Of a stretch of DNA of 64,000 nucleotides, positions 45,896 to 59,600 are shown in pieces. The DNA is from Squalus acanthias. Taxonomy: Eukaryota. The DNA lies in NCBI GenBank assembly GCA_030390025.1, contig CM059432.1, positions 4,030,001-4,094,000 on the forward strand, given 5' to 3'. The notes beneath the pieces are model-generated. The model ran no database searches. It was not told where the DNA came from and saw only the letters and a list, made by a program, of their open reading frames with translations. A program made the translations under genes and the position numbers. Numbering within the stretch: position 1 is the stretch's first letter; each line of letters begins with the position of its first letter.

Positions 45896-48805
45896 ATGTA
45901 ATAGGCTTTAAGCAAGTGCAGAGGCAGGGAAAGGGGGGAGGGGAGGAAAGAACAAAAGGGAAGGTCCGTGATAGGATGGCAGGCGGGAGAGATTAAATGA
46001 CAAAAGGGATGATGGTGTGAGGTGAAAGGAGATGGTAATGGGACAAGTAAAGAAACAAAAGATGGGTCTAGAGGAGGTGTAAATGGGAATGGCAGAATCA
46101 TCAGCTACAGTGGGGGTCTGAAAAAATGGGGGCAGAGGTTATGGTCTGAAATTGTTGAACTCGATGTCGAGTCCAGAAGGCTGTAAAGTGCCTAATGGAA
46201 AATGAGGTGCTGTTCCTCGTGCTTACGTTGAGCTTCGTTGGAACAGTGTAAGAGGCTGAGGACAGAGAGACCAGAGTGGGAGTGGAGTGGAGAATTAAAG
46301 TGACAGGCGACCGGAAGCTCAGGGTCACCCTTACGGACTGAACGGAGGTGTTCCGCAATTTGAATGGCACCTTTTCTCGCTGCATATTTCTCAAATGTTA
46401 ACTTTGTTATTTCAAAGCTCATACTAAAAGAATGGAAAAAAACACACACACTGTAAAACGTGCACACATCTGTGCAGATGTAAAAGGGCAAAAAACAATT
46501 CTCAACAACAAACAGCGAGCAAAGCACAGGAATCGCTGGTAAAAGGTTGATGGAGAGGATTCTGAAAATCATTCAAATAGCAATTGAAATGTCACCAGAT
46601 GAAGGTTCACCAAAGATGCAAACCTCACTGTAAACATTAAACGAGTGATATTCATAACTGTGCTGGTCCAACCAATGTTCTTCAACATTTTTTTAAGCGC
46701 ACAATCTTTTTGAGCAAGAAAGAAATAACCTCAGGATGTCCCAAAGCACTTTACAGCCAATGAAGTACCTTTTGGCGTGTGGTCACTGTTGTAATGTAGG
46801 AAACGCGGCAGCCAATTTGCGCACAGCAAGCTCCCACAGACAGCAATGTGATAACGACCAGATAATCTGTTTTTTGTGATGTTGATTGAGGGATAAATAT
46901 TGGCCCCAGGACACCGGGGAGAACTCCCCTGCTCTTCTTCGAAATAGTGGCCTGGGATCCTTTACGTCCACCTGAGAGAGCAGACGGGGCCTCGGTTTAA
47001 CATCTCATCCGAAAGACGGCACCTCCGACAGTGCAGCACTCCCTCAGCACTGCGCTGGAGTGTCAGCCTAGATTTTTGTGCTCGAGTCTCTGGAGTGGGA
47101 CTCGAACCCACGACCTTCTGACTCGGAGGCGAGGGTGCTGCCCACTGAGCCACGGCTGACACAAAATTACACTGTAGGTGTTAATTTGGCCTTTAGCCGC
47201 TGCTGTAAAATGGGCGATATTGGTACAGCCGCCCATTATGCATCTCACTCAATTTTCATCTCACGAGCGCTGTATAACGGGAGGTGTTAGAATATCTTCA
47301 AATGGTTTAAATTGGTCAAAGTATCCCAGCATGCTTTTTAGCATTTTAGCCCGAGAGTGAATGTGGAGGAAAGGGCAAATGTATGAGCAAGGACAGTTTG
47401 GAAACTCAGTAGACGGAGAATGGTGAACACCCAGGCCAAGAGACGGCCCATACTGAGATAAGGGAGTGGTTGCTGAGACACCACATTCAAGGGCAATTGG
47501 CTTACGCCGTTAAAGGACCAGAAACAAAGCTTTGTAGAGCAGAGGTGAAGGCCGAAAGATTAGAAGCTGGGTAAACACCTCAATACGTGGCCTCAGCAAA
47601 CGTGTTTAAGACGGAGATGAGGAGGAATTTCTTCTCTCAGAGGGTCGTGAATCTTTGGAATTCTCTACCCCAGAGAGCTGTGGAGGCGGAGTCACTGAAT
47701 ATATTCAAGGCGGAGATTGACAGACATTTGAACTACAAGGGAGTCGAAGGGTATGGGGAGAGAGCGGGAAAGTGGTGTTGAGGACAAGATTGGATCAGCC
47801 ATGATCTTATTGAATGGCGGAGCAGGCTCGAGGGGCCGATTGGCCGACTCCTGCTCCTGTTTCTTATTTTCTTATAATACTGAAGAACAGTTATATAAAA
47901 GCCAATACTGTTATTCATCAATGTATATTAAAGCTTGTTGTTTTAAAAACCACTCGGGCCTGAATCTGAGCGGAGTTATTTCCACCGGACTAACAACACT
48001 TTGTTGCGACAGTGAACTCAGCTAACGGGAGGCAGATCCGATATCGCCCGTTTTACAAAGTCAAAATATGCCCGTACCGTGTTATTTTAGAGCTCGCACA
48101 TTTAAGAACATAAGAAATAGGAGCAGGAGTCGGCCATACGGCCCCTCGAGCCTGCTCCGCCATTCAATAAGATCATGGCTGATCTTCTACCTCAACTCCA
48201 CTTTCCCGCCCGATCCCCATATCCCTTGATTCCCCTAGAGTCCAAAAATCTATCGATCTCCATCATGGCTCTGTGGGTAGCGTAGCGGGCCCAGGGGCCG
48301 TGTAGCCTGATTTTGCTCCTATTTCGTGTGTCCAATTCTGTTAGGTTCAGGAGATGGTTCTGTGATAGTAGATTGACGGTTAGGATCAGATCAGCCATGA
48401 TCTTATTGAATGGCGGAGCAGGCTCGTGGGGCCAATTGGCCTACTCCTGCTCCTATTTCTTATGTTCTTATGTTCTTATGTTGAATATACTCAACGACTG
48501 AGCCTCCACAGCCCTCTGGGGCGGAGAATTCCAAAGATTCGCCACCCTCTGAGTGAAGAAATTTCTCCTCATCTCAGCCCTAAATGGCCGACCCCTTATT
48601 CTGAGACTGTGACTCCTGGTTCTAGACTCTCCAGCCAGGGGAAAACATCCTCCCTGCATCTACCCTGTCAAGCCCTCTAAGAATTTTGTATGTTTCAATG
48701 AGATCACCTCTCATTCTTCTAAACTTGAGAGAATATAGGCCTAGTCTACTCAATCTCTCCTCATCGGACAATCCCCCCATCCCAGGAATCAGTCTGGCGA
48801 ACCTT

Positions 48806-48844
48806 GAGTTCTGATGAAAGGTCATCGACCTGAAACGTTAACTC
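48806..48844 (+). ncRNA. Minimal type I hammerhead ribozyme (Penelope-associated)
   Basis: GAGTT-CTGATGA-A-AGGTC atc GACCT-GAAAC-GTT-AACTC: stem I, intact core, stem II and palindromic helix III AACGTT. Confidence 0.7.
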
Positions 48845-49769
48845 TCTCTCTCCACGGATGCTGCCTGGCCTGCTGAGTTTTTCCAGCGTTTTCTGTTGTT
48901 ATTCTGGCGAACCTTCGTTGCACTCCCTCGAAGGCAAGTATATCCTTCCTCAGGTAAGGAGACCAAAACTGTACACAATACTCCAGGTGTGGTCTCACCA
49001 GGGCCCTATATAATTGCAGTAAGACATCTTTACTCTTATACTCCAATCCTTTTGTAATTTTTACCTTTTAGTTTCAAATGTGAATTTTGTAGGGACTGCA
49101 TGATGAATACTTTCAAGGATCCAGTTTTGAATTCAGGATGACGATGATAAAAAGCCATCCTTTTCTGCTGGTTGTATGAAATGCATCCATGCCTTTGTTA
49201 TCTCCAGACTCGACTATGCCAGCGCTCCCCTGGCTGGCCTCCCACCTTGCACCCTCCGTAAACGTAACCGAATCCAAAGCTCTGCTGCCCCGTATCCTAA
49301 CTCACAGCAATTCCCGTTCACCCGTCACCCCCTGTGCTCGCTGACCTACATTGTCCGGCAACACCTCGATTTTAAAATCCTCATCCTTGTTTTCAAATCC
49401 CTCCGTGGCCTCGCCCCTCCCTATCTCTGTAATCTCCTCCAGCCCCACAACCCCCGAGATATCTGCGCTTCTCTAATTCTGCCCTCTTGACCATCCCTGA
49501 TTATAATCACTCCTCCATTGGCGGCCGTGCCTTTAGCTGCCTGGGCCCTAAGCTCTGGAATTCACTCCCTAAACCTCTCTCCCCCTTTAAGATGCTCCTT
49601 AAAACCTACCTCAGATCAAGCTTTTGGTCACCTGTCCTAATATCTCCTTATGTGTCTCGGTGTCAAATCTTGTCTGATAATCGCTCCTGTGAAGCGCCTT
49701 GGGACGTTTTACTACGATAAAAACGCTATATAAATACAAGTTGTTGTTGTTGTATGATACTAGAGCTAG

Positions 49770-50310
49770 CACAGCACTGCCTGTTGTAGTCAAGGTGACT
49801 GCAGCATTTAACATCTGTGCCTCTGGCTCCTTTCAGGGATATCAGTCAGTCTGCAGTCCATGCTTGTATTAAACGGATGACTGATGCTTTGTCTGAAACC
49901 TTTTCCCCAAAGGATATCTAGAGGCAGCAGAAAAGGGCTCTGGGGTTAGTACAGATTGCCGGATTCCCTCAAGTCCAGGGCTTCATTAATCTGCGCCCAC
50001 TGCACCCTGCGGGAGCTTTGCAATCATACGTAATTGCCTTCATGAATTGCAAAGGGTTCAGTTCTATTTATGTGCACCTGATGTGTGATAACCAGTAGAG
50101 GATCATGCCGGTCTGTGTCTGCTTTCCTGTCAGCTGACATGAAGCTTTTTATATTGCGTCAGTCATCCATCTGCCCCTTCACCGCCCCCCCCCCCCCCCC
50201 CCCCGCTGTTTACCCTGAACACAGCACATTAAAGGGTGGCTGCTTGGCAGGAAGGCCTATACACATGGCTTATGATGCTGCTTAGGACCCCATGCTTGAC
50301 AGCAGAACTT
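49770..50310 (+). pseudogene. Harbinger (HARBI1-like) DDE transposase remnant
   Basis: Broken frames read KVTAAFN..ASGSFQ, ISQSAVHACI, IAGFPQVQG, NCKGFSSIYVHLMCD, HEAFILRQS, TWLMMLLRTP. Confidence 0.75.
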
Positions 50311-52326
50311 GGCTACATGATTGATCCGTCACTCCTGTGCTCGCTGACCTACATCGGCTCCCCATCCGACAACGGCTTGATGTTAAAATTCTCATCCTTG
50401 TTTTCAAATCCCTATCTCTGTAGCCTCCTCCAGCCCCACAACCCTCCGAGATCTTGCGCACCCCCGCTTTTAATCGCTCCACCATTGCCGGCCGTGCCTT
50501 CAGCTGCCTGGGCCCCTAAGCTCTGCAATTCCCTCCCTAAACCTCTCCGCCTCTCCACCTCTCTCTCTCCTCCTTTAAGACGCTCCTTAAAACCTAACTC
50601 TTTGTCACCCATCCTTATATCTCCTTATGTGGCTCGGTGTCAAATTTTGTTTGCTAATCGCCCCTGCGGAACGCCATGGGACATTTTACTACGTTAAAGG
50701 TGCTATATAAATGCAACTTGTTGTTGTTACAATAAGGTCCATGGGTGAATTAGAGCCCTCATCAAGCAGGCCTAAGGAGTCCTCAAAGAGAGATTAAAAT
50801 GCCTGGGCAGCTTCCTGTAATACAGCCCAGAAAGATTGTTCCGATATATGTAGTTTGCTTTACGCTGCATAACTTTGCGCTGTTCTGAGGACAAGGCACC
50901 ATTAGATCAGTGTCTCCATTATAATGGGGAGAGGACACGGATGGCCTGGGAGATGGTGAGGAAACGAAGGAGGTCCAACATTTGCAGGCAGCCTGAGCTC
51001 TTCCGCGGCAACTTATTGAAGAGAATTTCAACCCAACAATCTGTGCTCCCATATCAACAGGAGGAGGCCATTCAGCCCCTCGAGCCTGTTGCACCATCCA
51101 ATTAATATCACGGCCGATCGGCAGCTCAACTCCATTTACCCGCCTTGGTTCCGTAACCCTTAATACCCTAACAAAAATCTACCAATCTCAGTTTTGAAAT
51201 TTGCAATTGACCCCCAGCCTCAACAGTTTTTTGGGGGAGAGAGTTCCAGATTTCCACCACCCTTTGTGTGAAGAAACCCACGACCTCTTCCACCTAGAAG
51301 GACAAGGGCAGCAGGCGCATGGGAACACCCCCACCTCCAAGTTCCCCTCCCAGTCACACACCATCCTGACTTGGAAATATATCGGCCGATCCTTCATCGT
51401 CGCTGGGTCAAAAACCTGGAACTCCCTCCCTAACAGCACTGTGGGAGTATCTTCACCACACGGACTGCAGCGGTTCAAGAAGGCGGCTCACCACCACCTT
51501 CTCAAGGGCAATTAGGGATGGGCAATAAATGCTGGCTAGGACATCAGGGATATCTCCTGTGCTCTTCGTCGAAATAATGGCCGTGGGATCTTTCACGTCC
51601 ACCTGAGAGAACAGACGGAGCCTCGGTTTAACATCTCATCCGAAAGACTGCACCTCCGACAGTGCAGCACTCCCTCAGTACTGCACTGGAGTGTCAGCCT
51701 AGATTAAAAAAAGTGCCTCCTGACATCGCCCCTGAACGGCCTGGCTCTAATTTTAAGGTTATGCTCCCTTGTTTCTGGACTCCACCCACCAGAGGAAATA
51801 GTTTCTCTCTATCTACCCTATCAAATCCCCTGTGTTAACAGTCATGCCCAATATCTTCCTTCCACCTTACCATCAACGGCATCTGCTCAAATAACAAACT
51901 TAATAGTCATGTCATCTCACGTTGAAAGGTCCTCAGCTACTACAGGAGCACGCTACAGGATTGTCGTCTTACTGCCTCACAGAAAGGTCTAAACGCTATG
52001 GGGGGTGGGGCGTAGGGAGGGGGGTGGGATTTTTCAGGATGTTCTCCTGCTTCTCAACTGTAAGTTATACCATTTTTGTCTTGGGTTCCTGGGCCTCTAT
52101 TTGTCACCTTGTGTGAGCTTCCAGTGTCTGTCTGAAGTGCTCTTTTACTGGCTGCAGTGCAACAGGGATTAAAATAACGAAAAACTTGCATTTATATAGC
52201 GCCTTTCACAACTTCAGATGTCTTGAAGTGCTAAAGACCTAACGTTTGAAGGTTAGTCACTGTTGTAAATGTAGGAAACGCAGCAGCCAATTTGCACACT
52301 GCAAGCTCCCACAAACAGCGATGAGT

Positions 52327-52805
52327 GTCAGCCGTGGCTCAGTGGGTAGCACCCTCGCCTCTGAGTCAGAAGGTCTGTGGGTTCAAAGTCCCACTCCAGG
52401 GACTTGCGCACAAAAATCTAGGCTGACACTCCAGTGCAGTACTGAGGGAGTGCTGCACTGTCGGAGGTGCAGTCTTTCGGATGAGATGTTAAACCGAGGC
52501 CCCCGTCTGTTCTCTTAGGTGGACATGAAAGATCCCATGGCCATTATTTCGACGAAGAGCACAGGAGTTATCCCTGATGTCCTAGGCCAATATTTATCCC
52601 TCAACCAACATCACTATAACAGATTATCGGGTCATTATCAAGTTGCTGTTTGTGGGAGCTTGCTGTGCGCATATTGGCTGCCGTGTTTCCTACATTACAA
52701 CAGTGACTACACTTCAAAAAGTACTTCATTGGCTGTGAAGCACTTTGGGATGTCCAGCGGCTGTGGAAGGCGCTATAGAAATGCAAGTCTTTCTTTCTTT
52801 TCTTT
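52327..52805 (+). mobile_element. tRNA-derived Deu-domain SINE
   Basis: Head TGGCTCAGTGG...GTTCAAAGTC; Deu-like core TGCTGCACTGTCGGAGGTGC..TCTTTCGGATGAGA.GTTAAACCGAGG. Further copies at about 46720-47160 (-), 29381-29740 (+) and 51545-51702 (-). Confidence 0.75.
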
Positions 52806-55135
52806 GTGAGATGATGAACTCCCCTGCTCCTCTTCGAAATAGTGGCCACTGCGGGATCTTTTATGTCCACCTAGGAGGGCAGGCGGGGCCTCGGTTTAAC
52901 GTCTCATCTGAAAGACGGCACCTCAAAAAGTATTCCATTGACTGCAAAGTGCATCTTGGGCTTCTTGTGTTTGTTTCTATGGAAGAATCAGTTAGATGGG
53001 CCGAATTGTCACTTGAATAAGGGGTGGTAGCATAGCATTGCAATCCAGATCATCCCAGATGCCATTTAAAAGGGCTATTTCCCTGTTACGCGTTACAAGT
53101 ACCATCACAGCAATAAAAAAAAATGCTCTTAGCAGATAAAGGACATGGTTTGCAATCAGTAAATAACTCTGACACTTCTGTTAACAACAACTTGTATTTA
53201 TATAGCGCCTCTAACATAGCAAAACTTCCCAACACGCTCCTGCTTTATCAAATAAAATTTGACACCGATCCACATTGGGAGATATTGGGACAGGTGAGCA
53301 AAAGCTTGGTCAAAGAGGTAGGTTTTAAGGAGCGTCTTAAAGGAGGAGCGAGAGAGAGGCGGAGAGGTTTAGGGAGGGAATTCCAGAGCTCAGGGCCCAG
53401 GCAGCTGAAGGCACGGCCACCAATGACAGAGCGATGGAAATCAGGGATGCTCAAGAAGCCGGAACTGGAGGCGCGCGGAGATCTCGGAGGGTCGCGGGCA
53501 ATGCTCCCGTGCGCGGTCCCTTTGAATTGGCTGCAGCAGCCGCACACGTGCGGTATCTCGTCCAGCGGCCTCCGGATTGATGCGCAGCCGCGAGCCCCTG
53601 CACACCTCAGGCGGAACGTTGGTTGTGGGGCTGGAGGAGGTTACAGAGATAGGGAGGGGTGGGGCCACAGAGGGATTTGAACAGGAGGATGAGAGTTTTT
53701 TAAATTCCGAGGCGTTGCCGGACCGGGAGCCGATGGAGGTCAGCGAGCACGGGGTGGGGGTGATGGGTGAACGGGACTCGGTGCGAGTTAGGACACGGGG
53801 ACAGCAGAGTTTTGGATGAGCTCAAGTTGATGGAGGTGAGAAGAGGTAACTTAGATAACATATGGGCATATCTCATTACATTCAAATTGCATCCATTCCT
53901 GATTTGGGGAATACAATGACTCCTCTTAGACTATAAGAACGAACAGATGGAGCCAAGGTCCCTTTACAGATCGATACATGGAAAACATCTGTGAGCTAAT
54001 AAGCTAGATCAGGCCTTGAGCTGAACAATAAGACAGTGAAGCCTGATAAGCTGGGATCATTCAAAGGTAGCAATGATGAAGCTGTGAAGAATGGGACTCA
54101 GTTTTTAACGAATCATTAACTTGCTTGAAATCCTGCTCCCTCCTGCGCACAGTGCAGATTAAATCGAATCATTTCCCGCCTCCCCGTCGCAGAGAATCCA
54201 CTTGAGGAAGAATCATACAAAACTGGAATGACTTCACTCCCTTAAAATGAGAATGAAAATTAGCCAGGTGCCCACTGAGGATATGGCTGGTGAATGGAGC
54301 TTGGCTGCAATGGAAAAGAGCAAAGAGAGTCAGTGTCAAGGGACGCACTAGTTAAATGAATGAGTCAACAGGCAAAGATTACTATTCCTTTTGAGCTATT
54401 TTGGATCATTAATTTTTTTTATATTCATACTGGAGCATTCGTGATGCTGAGGACATCGTAGATAGGATGTTTAATGAGTTGGTCACACCGCAGGTAAAGG
54501 CTGCACAGGCAGGAAGGGAATGGGTGACCACCAGGCAGAGTAGTAGGCGCAGGCAGGTAGTGCAGGGGTCCCCTGTGGCCATCCCCCTCTCAAACAGATA
54601 TACCACTTTGGATATTGTTGAGAGAGATGGCTTATCAGGGGGAAGGCAGCAGCAGCCAACTTCCTGGCACCATGGGTGGTTCTGCTGCACAGGACGGGAA
54701 GAAAAAGAGCGGGAGAGCTTGTAAGGGTAAACCGGGAGAGCTTCTTCTCCCCGAGACGGACCCTCTGATATAAAGGGTCAACGTCCGCCTTATTCCCAAT
54801 CAATCGCTCAGAGTCCGGAGGGTCGTTCAGTAAATTAACTCTAATACAAGCCAACAGGGGAGTCACTCATCCAGGGACGAATGCTCCCCGATCGTTAAAA
54901 CTCCTCTACCTTATATACAGTTTCTGTTCTAAGTCGTGGCTATTGTCCCACAATTATTTACATTACATACAGTTGGTTTCGGGTGCAAAATAGTTGGTTT
55001 CGGGTGCAAAATAGTTGGTCTCGGGTACAACTTCTTGCAGTTCGTGTGCGCATTAATCTGGCAACTCCACGGTTAAATTCAAGTAAATCCAATTAAAACT
55101 GCTTTGAAAGATTTCACCATAGCAACCGGGACTTT

Positions 55136-55565
55136 GGGCAGCACGGTGGCATAGTGGTTAGCACTGGTGCCTCACAGCGCCAGAGACCCGGGTTCGAATC
55201 TGACCTCGGGTGACTGTCTGCGTGGAGTTTGCACATTCTCCCCGTGTCTGCGTGGGTTTCCTCCGGGTGCTCCGGTTTCCTCCCACAGTCCAAAAATGTG
55301 CGGGTTAGGTTGATTTGGCTATGATAAATTGACCCTTAGTGTTAGGGGGGGATTAAATATGTGGGGTTATGGGGATAGGATGGGATATGTTAGGGGGAAT
55401 TAAATACGTGGGATTACGGGGGTAGGGTGGGATATGTGTACTGTGGGGATTAAAGCAGGGACAGGGTACTGGATTTGGATGATCAGCCATGATCGTATTG
55501 AATGGTGGAGCAGGCTCGACGGGCCGAATGGCCTACTCCTGCTCCTAGATTCTATGTTTCTATGT
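55136..55565 (+). mobile_element. tRNA-derived V-SINE (HE1-like) with CR1 tail
   Basis: A box TGGCATAGTGG, B box GTTCGAATC, V-domain GGGTTTCCTCCGGGTGCTCCGGTTTCCTCCCAC, (TTCTATGT) tail. Confidence 0.8.
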
Positions 55566-55726
55566 TACTTCTAATATTTTACTCAATTAGTGATTTGTAG
55601 TGTGTAGTCTTGACCACGTTACATCATATTTCCCTCTTTTAAACTTGTTCATAACCACTCTTTTTATATTTTAGCTCTTTTAACCTTTTCAGTCCCCCCT
55701 TTTAAACTTGTTCATAACCACTCTTT

Positions 55727-56615
55727 GGGGTAAAAATTCAGTTGGTTGCGCCTCCCGTTAGCGCCTTAAGAGGGCGCTAATGGGGCGCAAAGCCGCTAAC
55801 GCCCGGGCGCAGCGATGTTTGCGCCGCTCGGGAACTTAACTTGACATTGTGCGGCGGCGCTAAAACTTACCGCTGCGACCACCTGCGCGCGCAGATTGTG
55901 ACGTCATTCCATGGTGCAACGCCCTTGTGGCGCCCCGGAGCGGAAATTGAGTGGCGCCCCCTGCCTTACCGCCTGGCGCATCCAACGACCAGAAGACTGG
56001 AACGCTATCAATCGCTGTGGGGCTGGGGGGGGCGCTATTTAAAGGGGGCCTCTTCCTGTCTTTTATTGTTGGTGGCATTTTTGAACTATGCATTCTGAGA
56101 GAGGGAGAGACTTCTGGAGAGATTCAACGTTGTGTGAAGGAGTTTTGGGTACTGAGCAGCACTTTGCAGGTTCATTTTGATTTGCCATTCCTTGTATCGA
56201 TTTAGCAGAGACTGTGGGAGCTGCACTCTGAGCTCTTTGCCTGGTGCTCTCCATTGTTCTTTCCAGCACATTTGATGTGCAAGTCTCTCCAGGCCGAGAT
56301 TCAAGGCTGCAATGAACAGGATGTGGATGGAAAGCAAGATTAACCATCCCCTTTAAGAACTGGCCCGTGCCATTGTGTGTGTGTTCCATTGCTGACTGAC
56401 ATTACATGAGCTTCGCCAGCGCTCTGAGTTAGCGCCTCACTCCTTGGCCTTTGCGCCTTAAGACAGGTGTGCAGCGCCTGCTTTAGCGCTCCACTCACCT
56501 CCCGGGGCGGTAAAAGTGAAGTTTCCAGTCAGTGCCGATAATTAGCGCCAGGCGCTAATATTTGCGTCCAGACGATATTTGCGCCCCAAATGGGGCGCGA
56601 CCTAATTTCTACCCC
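55727..56615. mobile_element. GC-rich Harbinger-type MITE
   Basis: TIR GGGGTAAAAATT/AATTTCTACCCC; TTT flanks. Confidence 0.7.
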
Positions 56616-59600
56616 TTTATATTTTAGCTCTTTTAACCCTTTCAGAGCTGTAGTGATAGGGGATTCTATTGTAAGGGGAATAGATAGGCGTTTCTGCGGC
56701 CACAAACGAGACTCCAGGATGGTATGTTGCCTCCCTGGTGCAAGGGTCAAGGATGTCTCAGGGCGGCTGCAGGGCATTCTGGAGGGGGAGGGTAAACAGC
56801 CAGTTGTTTTGGTGCATACCAATGATATAAGTAAAAAATGGGATGAGGTCCTAAAAGCTGAATATAGGTTGTCAGGAGGTAAATTAAAAAATAGGACCTC
56901 AAAGGTAGTAATCTCAGGATTGCTACCAGTGCCATGTGCTAGTCAGAGTAGAAATAGAAGGATATTTCAGATGAATACATGGCTAGAGGAATGGTGCAAG
57001 GGGGAGGGATTCAAATTCCTGGGACATTGAAACCGGTTCTGGGGAGGTGGGACCAGTACAAACTGGACGGTTTGCACCTGGGCAGGACCGGGACCGATGT
57101 CCTAGGGGGAGTGTTTGCTAGTGCTGTTGGGGAGGGTTTAAACTAAAATGGCAGGGGGTTGGGAACCTGTGCAGGATGACAGAGGAAAGGGAAGCAAGGA
57201 TAGAAACAAAAGACAGGAAGGAGAAAAGCAAAAGTGGAAGGCAGAGAAATCAAGGGTGTAAATCAAACAGGGCTACAGTAAATAATAATTCTAAAAGGAA
57301 TAAGAGTGTTTAAAAAACAAGCCTGAAGGCTTTGTGTCTTAATGCGAGGAGCATTCGTAATAAGGTGAATGAATTAGCTGCGCAAATAGCTGTAAACGGA
57401 TATGATATAATTGGAATGATGGAGACATGGCTCCAGGGTGACCAAGGCTGGGAATTCAACATCCAGGGGTATTCAATATTCAGGAAGGACAGGCAAAAAG
57501 GAAAAGGAGGTGGGGTAGCATTGCTGGTTAAAGAGATTAACACAATAATAAGGAAGGATATTAGTTCTGATGATGTGGAATCTGTATGGGTAGAGCTGAA
57601 AAATACCAAGGGGCAGAAAAGGTTAGTGGGAGTTGTATACAGACCCCCAAACAGTCATGCTGAGGTTGGGGATGGCATTAAACGGGAAATTAGAGATGCA
57701 ATAAGGGCACAGCAGTTATCATGGGTGACTTTAATCTCCTTGGGGAGGAACGATCATAATATGATAGAATTCTTCATTAAGATGGAGAGTGAAGTAGTTG
57801 ACTCAGAGACTAGGGTCCTGAATTTAAATAAAGGAAACTACGATGGTATGAGGTGCGAGTTGGCTAGGATGGATTGGGGAGCATTATTTAAAGGGTTGAC
57901 GGTGGATTCGCAATGGCAAACATTTAAAGATCGCATGGATGAACTATAGAATTTGTTCATCCCTGTTTGGCATAAAAATAAATACAAAAAAGGTGACTCA
58001 ACCGTGGCTAACAAGGGAAATTAGAGATAGCATAAGATCCAAGGAGAGGACATATAAATTGGCCAGAAAAAGCAGCAAACCTGAGGATTGGGAGCAGTTT
58101 AGGATTCAGCAAAGGAGGACAAAGGGATTAATTAAGAGGGGGAAAATAGAATATGGGAGTAAGCTTGCAGGGAACATAAAAACTGACTGTAAAAGCTTCT
58201 ATAGATATGTGAAGAGAAAAAGATTGGTGAAGTCAAGCGTAGGTCCCTTGCAGTCAGAATCAGGGGAATTTATAATGGGGAACAAAGAAATGGCAGACCA
58301 ATTGAATACATACTTTGGTTTTGTCTTCACAAAGGAGGACACAAATAACCTCGCAGAGATGTTGGGGAACATAGGGTCTAATGAGAGGGAGGAATTGCAT
58401 GAAATCAGTATTTGTAGGGAAATGGTGTTCGGGAAATTGACGGGATTGAAGGCCGATAAATCCCCAGGGCCTGATAATCTATATCCTAGGGTACTTAAGG
58501 AAGTGGCCCCAGAAATAGTAGATGCATTGCTGGTCATCTTTTTAAATTCTATAGACTGGAATAGTTCCCATGGATTGGAGGGTAGCTAATGTAACCCCAC
58601 TATTTAAAAAAGGTGGTAGAGAGAAAACGGGGAATTATAGACCGGTAAGCCTGACATCGGTAGTGGGGAAAATGCTAGAGTCCATTATAAAAGATGTAAT
58701 AGCAGAGCACTTGGAAAACAGTGACAGGATCAGACAAAGTCAACATGGATTTACAAAAGGTAAATCATGCTTGACTAATCTACTGGAATTTTTTGAGGAT
58801 GTAACTGGGAGAACCAGTGGATGTGGTGTATTTGGACTTTCAGAAGGCTTTCGATAAGGTCCCGCATAAGAGATTAGCGTGCAAAGTTAAAGCACATGGG
58901 ATTGGGGGTAAGGTACTGACTTGGATAGAGAACTGGTTGGCAGGCAGGAAGCAAAGAGTTGGAATAAACGGGTCTTTTTCCGAGTGGCAGGCAGTGACTA
59001 GTGGGGTACCGCAGGGATCGGTGCTAGGACCCCAGCTATTCACAATATATATTAATGATCTAGACGAGGGAACTAGATGTAATATCTCCAAGTTTGCAGA
59101 CGACACAAAGCTGGGTGGGCGTGTGTGCTGCGAAGAGGATGCAGAGAAACTCCAGTATGATTTGGACAGGTTGGGTGATTGGGCAGATGCATGGCAGATG
59201 CAGTATAATGTGGATAAATGTGAGGTCATCCACTTTAGTGGCAAAAACAGGAAGACAGATTATTATCTGAACGGCAATAGTTTGGGAAAAGGGGAAGTGC
59301 AACAAGACCTGGGTGTCCTTATGCACCAGTCGCTGAAGGTAAGCATGCAGGTGCAACAGGCGGTTAAGAAGGCAAATGGTATGTTGGCCTTCATAGCGAG
59401 AGGATTCGAGTACAGGAGCAAGGATGTCTTGCTGCAGTTGTACAGGGCCTTGGTGAGACCACACCTTGAGTATTGTGTACAGTTTTGGTCACCTTATCTG
59501 AGGAAGGATGTTCTTGCCATGAAGGGAGTGCAGCGAAGATTCACCAGACTGATACCTGGGATGTCAGGAATGACGTATGAAGAGAGATTGGGTCGATTAG

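Larger units (their letters stand above)
43540..46360 (-). mobile_element. Penelope-like element 3' part (GIY-YIG C-terminus plus terminal repeat), doubly interrupted
   Basis: IAEHLRSVRKGDPELPVACHFNS...EEQHLIF..GTLQPSGLDIEF at about 46150-46360; terminal repeat with a hammerhead core at 44504-44540. Confidence 0.75.
54720..56644 (-). mobile_element. Solo LTR (unrelated family) with nested SINE and MITE
   Basis: TGTAAGGGT...ACCCTTTCA inverted termini; 5-bp TSD GAGCT (54715-54719, 56645-56649); TATA-like TATATAA on the minus strand at about 54911-54917; short tandem repeats at 54971-55030. Confidence 0.75.

Noticed and set aside
54720..54728. TGTAAGGGT terminus shared with the provirus LTR, suggesting the same family
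   Set aside because: Similarity stops after 9 nt and TSD length differs (5 versus 4 bp).
55136..55210. tRNA gene
   Set aside because: A and B boxes run into a V-domain and CR1 tail; a SINE head.
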